Assembly (NCBI GenBank): GCA_012798955.1
Contig: JAAZMF010000131.1
Location: forward strand, 104 to 64,103
Direction of reading: 5' to 3'
DNA: 64,000 nucleotides
DNA from: Bacillota bacterium
GTDB taxonomy: Bacteria > Bacillota > Limnochordia > DTU087
The notes under the pieces are model-generated. The model was given only the letters and a program-made list of their open reading frames with translations. It was not told where the DNA came from and did not search any database. Positions 21,058 through 28,304 of the stretch are shown in pieces (within the stretch, counting starts at the first letter, position 1; the number at the start of each line of letters is the position of its first letter). The position numbers and the translations under genes were made by a program.

Positions 21058-21600
21058 CTACCAGTTAGTGGGGCTTGTACCGGGATCATCCAAAGGATGG
21101 GGAAGGTCTAATCCTGGGAACACAGTCCTACCACCAATGTCAGGTGCAGCAACCCTTCCCCTGGGTGTCTGCACAATGTTTGAGCTAGCAATCCGTCGAA
21201 AGTCCTCTGTTGGTGTGCGGACTCCGATATCGGCGCGAAATCGACCACCGATTTTACCGGTATTTACATGCCAATCTTCGCTAAAGGGTGGGATGCTGAT
21301 GTCAAAGTGACCTAAGGGTATCTCGCTATCATCGGACATATGCAAGATGCGTAACATCAGCTGGCAATCGGTATCTTGCAGATCTACAGCGCAACTAGCC
21401 CACCCCGCCGCTGTGATCTCCCAGTAGGCGAATAGCCAAGCGGGATCTTTGGCCATTAGTACAATATAATCTTCTCCATAGCCGCGGGGCAATTCTCCCC
21501 AATGGGGCAGGGTGGGTGTTGTAGGTGAGTTTTCTAGGTTTTTCCACGCATTAATGGCGGGAGGGCTAAGTAGCTCCCCCTCGGCATCCAATTGGTTCAC
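21058..21600 (-). CDS. DUF4912-like protein of unknown function, upstream of the GH57 gene on the same strand
   Basis: 180 aa. GTG start preceded by AGGAGGTG. The block LPRGYGEDYIVLMAKDPAWLFAYWEI resembles the DUF4912 signature that commonly accompanies GH57 branching enzymes. Confidence 0.55.
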   Translation of the reverse strand: MNQLDAEGELLSPPAINAWKNLENSPTTPTLPHWGELPRGYGEDYIVLMAKDPAWLFAYWEITAAGWASCAVDLQDTDCQLMLRILHMSDDSEIPLGHFDISIPPFSEDWHVNTGKIGGRFRADIGVRTPTEDFRRIASSNIVQTPRGRVAAPDIGGRTVFPGLDLPHPLDDPGTSPTNW

Positions 21601-21649
21601 GACGGCACCTCCTGCCCACGGCCGGTAACCGGCGGGTGTGAATACCTTC

Positions 21650-21678
21650 TTAAGTATTTGTCTAGAGACAGGTATTTA
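21650..21678 (+). promoter_or_regulatory. Candidate nagAB promoter with an embedded dre/NagR-like palindrome
   Basis: TTAAGT(21650-21655)-17 nt-TATTTA(21673-21678). The spacer contains TGTCTAGAGACA (21659-21670), which resembles the GntR/HutC (DasR/NagR) core GGTCTAGACC but has one extra base. Confidence 0.35.
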
Positions 21679-21749
21679 TGCGCAATCAGTTAGTAGCAGG
21701 AAATGTATACCATACTGGCGAAACCGAGGAAGGTGAAGGGGGTGTAGAT

Positions 21750-22910
21750 ATGCACAAAGATAGTATTACCATAGTCAATGGGCAATTAGTTACTCCATTT
21801 GAAGTTATGCCTGGTACGGTGGTCATCGAAGATGGGATCATCATCTATGCAGGACCCCATGACAAGGCACCTAAAAGAGGGCCCATCTGGGATGCCAAGG
21901 GTGCGTATGTGACTCCAGGCCTAATCGATATTCACGTCCACGGGGGTGGTGGCGGGGATGTGATGGATGGCACACTAGAATCTCTGGAGACTATGTCCAA
22001 GACATTTAGTAAATATGGCACGACTGCGTTTCTGCCGGCCACGGTTACTGCTAGCCACCTCGAGCTTTTGCAGTGCGTAGCTGCCGTGAAACAGGCGGCG
22101 GAGCATGGCACCGGCGGTGCCCAAGTAGTAGGGATACATCTAGAGGGGCCTTTTATCAACGACTCCAAAAAGGGTGCACAAAATCCTGAACATATTCGTA
22201 CCGCTTCCTTGGATGAGTTGAAGGAGATCTGGCAAGAGGCAGGTTCTTTACTCAGGCTAGTCACACTAGCCCCAGAAACCGAAGGGGCACTAAAGGCTAT
22301 ACAGCTTCTGCGATCCTGGGGTGTGACGGTATCTATTGGTCATTCTGACGCATCCTATGAAAAGGTGATGGAAGCTCAGCGTTGGGGCGCTAGCCATATC
22401 TGTCATACATTTAACGGTATGCGGGGCCTACATCATCGGGATCCGGGGGTAGTGGGGGCCGCATTAACTTGTGATGATTTCTCCATAGAGCTGATTTGCG
22501 ATGGCATTCATGTGCATCCAGCTGCCATGAAGCTGGCACTCAGGGCCAAAGGCGTCCATCAGCTGGTGTTGGTCACCGACACAATTCGGGCCATGGGCCT
22601 TGCCGAGGGGCGCTATGTATTTGGTGGCCTGGAGATAGAAGTGTCCGGGGGGGCGGCACGCCTCATGACGGGGGCACTAGCCGGTAGCACATTATCTATG
22701 GCTAAAGCAGTGCGGAATGCCATGAAATGGCTAGGTGTCTCCATCTGCGATGCTATCAGGATGGCTTCTCTAAATCCGGCTCGAACGATTAACCTTGAAC
22801 ATCGCAAAGGCAGCCTAGTTGTGGGCAAAGACGGAGATTTGGCTATATTCGATGGTGATATCAATACCATTGCCACTATTGTGGGCGGTCGGGTAGTTTA
22901 CGAAGCATAG
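21750..22910 (+). CDS. nagA: N-acetylglucosamine-6-phosphate deacetylase
   Basis: Amidohydrolase motifs (GLIDIHVHGGGG, HLEGPF, IGHSDA, HTFNGM). ATG 21750 follows GAAGGGGGTG. The track ORF starts at 21678. Confidence 0.85.
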   Translation: MHKDSITIVNGQLVTPFEVMPGTVVIEDGIIIYAGPHDKAPKRGPIWDAKGAYVTPGLIDIHVHGGGGGDVMDGTLESLETMSKTFSKYGTTAFLPATVTASHLELLQCVAAVKQAAEHGTGGAQVVGIHLEGPFINDSKKGAQNPEHIRTASLDELKEIWQEAGSLLRLVTLAPETEGALKAIQLLRSWGVTVSIGHSDASYEKVMEAQRWGASHICHTFNGMRGLHHRDPGVVGAALTCDDFSIELICDGIHVHPAAMKLALRAKGVHQLVLVTDTIRAMGLAEGRYVFGGLEIEVSGGAARLMTGALAGSTLSMAKAVRNAMKWLGVSICDAIRMASLNPARTINLEHRKGSLVVGKDGDLAIFDGDINTIATIVGGRVVYEA

Positions 22911-22918
22911 CATATGAG

Positions 22919-23659
22919 GTGAACGCTTTGCATATCAAGATTGCCAAGGATTACATGGAAATGAGTAAAGTAGCCGCGGATTTGGTGGAGTCGATCTTGC
23001 GCAAGCGCCCTGGGCTTGTTTTGGGTTTAGCCACAGGAAGCACTCCTTTGGGCTTGTACAAGGAGCTGGTACAAAGGCATAAGGCTGGCCTAGATTTCTC
23101 CAAGGTTACCACATTTAATCTAGACGAATATTATGGGCTTTCCCCTGATCATCCGGCCAGCTACCATTACTATATGGGAGAGCATCTGTTTGAGCATATC
23201 AATGTAGACCGGGCCCGTACCCATATTCCCAATGGAGCTAATGCCGATGCCGTCCAGGAGTGCAAGAACTATGAAGCGAAGATTAAGGCCGCGGGTGGAA
23301 TTGATCTACAGATCTTAGGTATTGGCAATAACGGACATATAGGGTTCAATGAGCCAGGGGCACCCTTTGGTGGCACAGCTGGCTTAGTTGATCTTGCCGA
23401 GGAGACGATTGAAGCCAATGCTAGGTTTTTTGAGCGGCAAGAGGATGTACCAAGGCAAGCTCTCTCCATGGGCATCAAAAGTATCATGCAATGTGCCCAA
23501 ATCGTACTTCTGGCTAATGGGGCAAATAAGGCCGATGCCATTGCCAAGGCAGTGGAGGGGCCAGTCACCGAAGCACTACCGGCATCAGTATTGCAGCTAC
23601 ATCCTAACTGCACTTTTATCATAGATGAAGCTGCCGCCCAAAAACTCACCGGTGTTTAG
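22919..23659 (+). CDS. nagB: Glucosamine-6-phosphate deaminase
   Basis: Motifs LGLATGSTP, FNLDEY, LGIGNNGHIGFNEPG. GTG start. Confidence 0.9.
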   Translation: MNALHIKIAKDYMEMSKVAADLVESILRKRPGLVLGLATGSTPLGLYKELVQRHKAGLDFSKVTTFNLDEYYGLSPDHPASYHYYMGEHLFEHINVDRARTHIPNGANADAVQECKNYEAKIKAAGGIDLQILGIGNNGHIGFNEPGAPFGGTAGLVDLAEETIEANARFFERQEDVPRQALSMGIKSIMQCAQIVLLANGANKADAIAKAVEGPVTEALPASVLQLHPNCTFIIDEAAAQKLTGV

Positions 23660-24993
23660 GAATGTAACTGCTCCATGAGCAAATCGTGAATAACCGCCGT
23701 GAGTTTGTCCGGGTCGTGTCTTACCAGATCTGTCATGCTAATCACCGGTGCCTCCACCGGCACAATGCCCAGAGCTGTGATTTCGGCTAGATCTGCTTCC
23801 ACAGGCACGGCCCCTTTGGCTAGATACCGGTCTTGCAACTCCTTGGGTATGGGGACAGTGTTAACAATCGCGTAGTCAATGAGTCCAGGGCCGGCGTGAT
23901 CGATAATAGCTTGTATATGCTGAGAAGCGGTATAGCCCTGTGTTTCGCCAGGCTGAGTCATTACGTTGCATATATATATTTTTGGTGCCGGTGAATTGGC
24001 TATGGCCTCTCGGATCTCTTTAACAAGCAGATTGGGCAGCACACTAGTGTATAAACTGCCGGGACCGAGGATAATGGCATCAGCCCCTTGGATGGCTCCA
24101 ATGGCTTCTGGCACAGGGCGGCAATCCTCCGGTTCTATGAACACGCGGTGTATAGTCTTGTTGTTTTGGGGTATTAGGCTCTCACCGATGGTTATTGTGC
24201 CATCGTTATATTCTGCCCGCAGTGTGACAGAACTGAGGGTAGAAGGTAAAACTTGGCCTCGAACAGCTAGGACTTGACTTGACGCTCTGATTGCCTCTTC
24301 AAAGTCCCCAGTGATCTCTGTCATGGCGGCGATGAATAGGTTGCCAAAGCTGTGCCCTTGCAGACCATCACCCCAATTGAAGCGGTGTTGAAATAGCTGT
24401 TCCATCATGGGCTCTGTGTTAGCTAACGCAACTAGCGTATTCCGGATATCGCCGGGGGGGAGAATGCCTAACTCCGTTCGGATCCTGCCTGAACTGCCAC
24501 CGTCATCGGCAACTGTCACAATGGCGGTGATGCGCTCTGTCTCGTTTTTTAGGCCCCGCAATAAGGTGGAAAGCCCGGTGCCACCACCAATTACTACCAG
24601 TGCGGGCTCCCTATCTAGCCCCCGCTTATGAAAGATTATCTCTGCCAAATCCTTGGGATCTGATGGTAGGATATCAATGACAAGGGAGCGGATTACTTGA
24701 CGAAATCCCCAACTTGCAGCAAAAATCCCCAGAGCTATCAACGCGATACCCGCCTCTTTCATAAAGGGGGCTGGGCTTGGTTGCCTCCATTGTTTAAGGA
24801 AGTTGGCGATTCTGCGACCAAAGGCGGCTAATCCATCGGGACCGATTAATACCGCACAGCCAAAGGCGGCCAAGGCGGCTCCGATGATCATTAATACGAT
24901 CCAGCGTTTTACCCGCATTCCAGGGTAAAGCCACTTAAAGGCCCTTTTCCAGATGCTATTTGGCTTGTTTTTGTAATCCTCGATGTTCCACAT
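23656..24993 (-). CDS. yvcK: YvcK/CofD-family (gluconeogenesis factor) protein with a ~128-aa N-terminal two-TM extension
   Basis: The core (VVIGGGTGLSTLLRGLK...VADDGGSSGR...GPGSLYTSV) matches the UPF0052/YvcK family. The N-terminus carries two hydrophobic helices (aa 31-51 and 81-97). Confidence 0.85.
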   Translation of the reverse strand: MWNIEDYKNKPNSIWKRAFKWLYPGMRVKRWIVLMIIGAALAAFGCAVLIGPDGLAAFGRRIANFLKQWRQPSPAPFMKEAGIALIALGIFAASWGFRQVIRSLVIDILPSDPKDLAEIIFHKRGLDREPALVVIGGGTGLSTLLRGLKNETERITAIVTVADDGGSSGRIRTELGILPPGDIRNTLVALANTEPMMEQLFQHRFNWGDGLQGHSFGNLFIAAMTEITGDFEEAIRASSQVLAVRGQVLPSTLSSVTLRAEYNDGTITIGESLIPQNNKTIHRVFIEPEDCRPVPEAIGAIQGADAIILGPGSLYTSVLPNLLVKEIREAIANSPAPKIYICNVMTQPGETQGYTASQHIQAIIDHAGPGLIDYAIVNTVPIPKELQDRYLAKGAVPVEADLAEITALGIVPVEAPVISMTDLVRHDPDKLTAVIHDLLMEQLHS

Positions 24994-25885
24994 TCACAAC
25001 AAACCCCTGATTTCTTATGAAGTCGGCTACGTAATTGGCCAGGGCTACAGAGCGGTGGCGACCTCCAGTACAGCCTATGGCGATCACGACCTCTTGTTTA
25101 CCTTCCTTTATGTATTGAGGAAGTAAAAACTCTATTAACTCCAGATATTTGCCAAGGAATTTTTGGGTAATCGACCACTTGAGGACGTAATCCCGGACAG
25201 GAGCATCATTGCCCGTGAGCGGTGCTAAGGATTCTACCCAATACGGGTTAGGCAAAAACCGGACGTCTACGGCGAGGTCGGCATCTAGTGGCAGACCGTG
25301 TTTGTATCCGAAGGAAATCACCGATACAGCCATGGAAGGGTGATCACCGGTATCATCGAACCAGCGCACCATCTCATCCCTCAGCTCCCGGGGGCTAAGT
25401 AAACTAGTATCGACAATGCGGTGAGCTCGTCCCCTCAGCTCTTGTAGGCGCTTTCGCTCCTGCATGATACCTTCCAAAATGGTGCCTTCGGGGGCTAAGG
25501 GATGTCGCCGCCGACTCTCTTTGAAGCGGCGGACAAGGGCTTCGTCAGAGGCCTCAAGAAACAGAATGTCATATGAGAGTCCCGTTTCCTCCAAATCCTC
25601 CAGAACCTCAATCAGGTGGTCAAAGAAACCTCGGCCCCGGATATCGCAAACAAGGGCTACATGTTTGATCTTGCCCTCTGACTGAATGCAAAGCTCGGCA
25701 AATTTCGGGATGAGGGCTGGTGGCAAATTGTCTACGCAAAAGAAGCCTAGATCTTCAAGTATGCGCACAGTCTCTGTCTTTCCCGCCCCAGATAGACCCG
25801 TGATCAGTAGGAATTTAATGTTATGCAACGGCAGCATCCTTCCCTTCATTACACGTCGGTGTAGTTTTTCTCCGTTTAGATCCAA
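24956..25885 (-). CDS. rapZ: RNase adapter / nucleotide-binding protein RapZ (YvcJ)
   Basis: Walker A motif ITGLSGAGKT. C-terminal IAIGCTGGRHRSV motif. The likely true start is ATG 25837 (MLPLHNIKFLLITG). The track ORF extends to TTG 25885, which overlaps the upstream PHP gene. Confidence 0.85.
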   Translation of the reverse strand: MDLNGEKLHRRVMKGRMLPLHNIKFLLITGLSGAGKTETVRILEDLGFFCVDNLPPALIPKFAELCIQSEGKIKHVALVCDIRGRGFFDHLIEVLEDLEETGLSYDILFLEASDEALVRRFKESRRRHPLAPEGTILEGIMQERKRLQELRGRAHRIVDTSLLSPRELRDEMVRWFDDTGDHPSMAVSVISFGYKHGLPLDADLAVDVRFLPNPYWVESLAPLTGNDAPVRDYVLKWSITQKFLGKYLELIEFLLPQYIKEGKQEVVIAIGCTGGRHRSVALANYVADFIRNQGFVVNVEHRGLQKQAK

Positions 25886-26637
25886 GTCTCCTGCCCTGTA
25901 TTCATGTTGTGGATAGCGGTTAGGGGTATGCCTGCGGTTTTGGCTAGCTGTATACCTCGCTCCATATCTCCCACTCGGTGAGGTTGGTGGGCATCACTAC
26001 CGATGACAAATCGAGCCCCGGCTTCAAAGGCAATTTTTACGTATGCAGGCTCCATGTGATCATGGTTGGTGTTGATTTCCATATATGTTGCCCTTTGTGC
26101 ACATGCCTCAGCAATTGCTCTAGTGTCTATGTTCACATGTAGCCCTGGGTGGGTAAGAATATCTATGGGATTTTGATTCAAGGCGGCTATGATGGCTTGG
26201 GTGTTGATATGTCGCAAGGTATTGCCTACTTTTGGTAGGTAGCGTCCAAGGAGGTTACGTGCAAACACCATGCCAGACGGTAGGTCGCTAGGGCATACTA
26301 GCAGATGAAACCCCGCCAAAATAATGTCAAATTCGTGGAATCGGTCTAGGGGCACATCTAGACTGCCATCTATAGAGATGATATTGGCCTCAACTCCCAT
26401 AAGTATCCGGATATCGGGGTATTTGCTTTGGCAAACTTCGATCTCTTGTCTAATGGTCCTAAACACTTCTAGATTTCGAGCGCCGACACCGAAGAGGTTC
26501 GCTGGCCCGTGATCAGTGATGGCGATTGCTTTTAAGCCCTTATCTAAGGCCGCCCTGACATTGTCTTCCACCGTGCCATGGCCATGACTATGTCTTGTGT
26601 GGGTATGGTAATCAGCGAAGATAGACAGCCCGATCAC
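25876..26637 (-). CDS. PHP-domain metal-dependent phosphoesterase (histidinol-phosphatase-like)
   Basis: The N-terminal DYHTHTRHSHG motif, ITDHG and downstream His/Asp ligands are typical of the PHP superfamily. GTG start after AAGAAAGAGGG. Confidence 0.7.
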   Translation of the reverse strand: MIGLSIFADYHTHTRHSHGHGTVEDNVRAALDKGLKAIAITDHGPANLFGVGARNLEVFRTIRQEIEVCQSKYPDIRILMGVEANIISIDGSLDVPLDRFHEFDIILAGFHLLVCPSDLPSGMVFARNLLGRYLPKVGNTLRHINTQAIIAALNQNPIDILTHPGLHVNIDTRAIAEACAQRATYMEINTNHDHMEPAYVKIAFEAGARFVIGSDAHQPHRVGDMERGIQLAKTAGIPLTAIHNMNTGQETWI

Positions 26638-26921
26638 CCTCTTTCTTGGAATTGGTGAACTCGTATTACCCTGTCTTGGTCCACTGTGGGTCGCAGTACC
26701 ACTGACTATCTTCGGTTAATATAATGCCCGACGGTATAGCTAATACATCTTTGGCCAATTTGGCTTTGTAGATTCGTGAAAGACAAGTACAGATAGGGGA
26801 GGTGATGCTTGGCTGGGCCAAGAAGTAGGCTCACCAAGGGCTTGAGAGAGGACAGGAAGAGGAGTTAGGCCCCCAAATAGCGAAGCCGGGGTCATATCTC
26901 GTCTTCCAATACAGTTGCTTG

Positions 26922-26951
26922 TTGAAGTGTGTGCCAAGTTGAGTCTATAGT
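26922..26951 (+). promoter_or_regulatory. Candidate whiA promoter
   Basis: TTGAAG(26922-26927)-18 nt-TATAGT(26946-26951), about 45 nt upstream of the whiA start. Confidence 0.35.
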
Positions 26952-26997
26952 ACAAGTGACTCCAAAAAGGGGGGAAGTGGGGAAGGCCCACGTAGCC

Positions 26998-27912
26998 ATG
27001 GGATTTTCTCGCGCCACCAGAGATGAACTAGCCAGGATCATGCCGGAGCGCAGATGCTGCCAGCTTGCAGAATTGGCGGGATTAGCCTATATGGATGGCA
27101 CTTTAACTAGCCATGGATATGACGTTGTTGCTGGTCAAGCCGCCGCGGCTAGAAAGGTCTACTTACTCTTTAAGCAGCTGTATCAGCCTAGGATGGAGGT
27201 AAAGGTGCGGCATCGTGCTAGGTTTGGCAAGCAGCCGGTATATATTGTGGGGATTGGCCAGCAACGGAAGCTTGAGCGGATTACCAAAAGTTTAGCCGGG
27301 GTGGAAAGGCGCTATACTTTGGAGCGCTGGGGTAAAGCATGCTGCCGCAAGGCTTTCCTAAGAGGTGTGTATCTAGGTCGGGGTTCTGTCACTGAGCCTA
27401 GTAAAAATTACCATCTAGAGATTATCACTAACACTTTTAGCCAAGCCGCGCTCGTGCAAGGCTGTATAGAGACCTTTGGCTTATCTTGCGGAGTGGTGCA
27501 ACGTAAGAATCGTGTCACACTGTATTTTAAGGATGCCGGTCAGATTGGGCAGTTTCTTGGTTTACTGGGTGCCCACACCTCTGTGCTCAGGCTTGAGAGT
27601 GTACGGGTCATGAAGGAGATGCGCAACCAAGCTAACCGATTAGTCAATTGTGAAACAGCCAATATGGACAAAACTCTAGAGGCCTCCCTGCGACAGGTGG
27701 AGAACATTCGGCTAATCCAGGAGAAGATGGGATTAGAATCGTTGCCACCAGATTTACAGGAGATCTCCCAGCTAAGGTTGGAGTACCCCTATGCTAGCCT
27801 TAAAGAGCTAGGAGAGCTTTTGGATGTGTCCCTGAGTAAGTCCGGTGTCAACCACCGTTTACGGAAGCTAGAAGCAATTGCCGATGAGTTACGGGAGGTA
27901 GATGGTCATTAG
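26998..27912 (+). CDS. whiA: DNA-binding protein WhiA
   Basis: The homologous N-terminus MGFSRATRDELARI...RRCC begins at ATG 26998 after GGGGAAGG. Has a degenerate LAGLIDADG-like middle region and a C-terminal HTH (SKSGVNHRLRKL). The track ORF starts at 26929. Confidence 0.85.
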   Translation: MGFSRATRDELARIMPERRCCQLAELAGLAYMDGTLTSHGYDVVAGQAAAARKVYLLFKQLYQPRMEVKVRHRARFGKQPVYIVGIGQQRKLERITKSLAGVERRYTLERWGKACCRKAFLRGVYLGRGSVTEPSKNYHLEIITNTFSQAALVQGCIETFGLSCGVVQRKNRVTLYFKDAGQIGQFLGLLGAHTSVLRLESVRVMKEMRNQANRLVNCETANMDKTLEASLRQVENIRLIQEKMGLESLPPDLQEISQLRLEYPYASLKELGELLDVSLSKSGVNHRLRKLEAIADELREVDGH

Positions 27913-28119
27913 CAAAAGGGGAGACACTAATGCAGGGTTCCCGTCAACTACCCACGACTAAAGTCGTGGGCCCCTCGGCAAAACTCTCGTGGATATGCCC
28001 CTTCAGGTCTGCGGTGATTTTGGCCGGGGATTTTCTAGTAAATTCATCCTTGCTTGGAGGACTTCACCCATCTACCTAGAATATAATAGATGTAAGATTT
28101 CCCTTTTTTTTGTAGCTAG

Positions 28120-28155
28120 CGGGACAGAATGTGTTGTGGCGGGACAGCAACAGAC
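28120..28155 (+). promoter_or_regulatory. CggR operator (tandem direct repeat)
   Basis: CGGGAC-agaatg-TGTt-gtgg-CGGGAC-agcaac-aGaC compared with the B. subtilis CggR site CGGGAC-N6-TGTC-N4-CGGGAC-N6-TGTC. It lies 33 nt downstream of a TATAAT box (28082-28087) and about 150 nt upstream of cggR. Confidence 0.75.
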
Positions 28156-28304
28156 CCCCCGCGGCAGCAAGAGGTAGCTATCGCTAGGTATTTGTGGTAT
28201 TTGTGACGACCAGGGTACGAGTAGCAGATTCGTGGCAACATTAACAAATAGGTATGCCATGAATATGGGATACAGGAGGGCAGCGGGCCGGGCCCGCCTT
28301 CTAT

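Noticed and set aside
20882-21310. 142-aa plus-strand ORF bridging the GH57 start and the DUF4912 gene.
   Set aside because: It is antisense to both minus-strand genes and crosses their intergenic region. It has no RBS or motifs.
26740-26991. 83-aa minus-strand ORF in the PHP-whiA divergent spacer. A 7-codon plus-strand ORF after GGGGAGGTG, at about 26797, was also noticed.
   Set aside because: The long ORF has no RBS and a Pro/Ser-rich composition, and it runs through the whiA promoter and RBS. The mini-ORF is too short to support. The 360-nt spacer remains unexplained, but I cannot assign it a feature.
27951-27970. Hairpin CCCACGAC-TAAA-GTCGTGGG after whiA, considered as an intrinsic terminator.
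   Set aside because: The stem is good (8 bp), but it is followed by CCCCTCGG rather than a T tract. It may still be a processing or Rho-dependent site, but I cannot call it a terminator.
27989-28177. 62-aa ORF in the whiA-cggR spacer.
   Set aside because: It has no RBS. It spans the predicted promoter and the CggR operator, and its composition does not look like coding sequence. The region is better explained as regulatory DNA.
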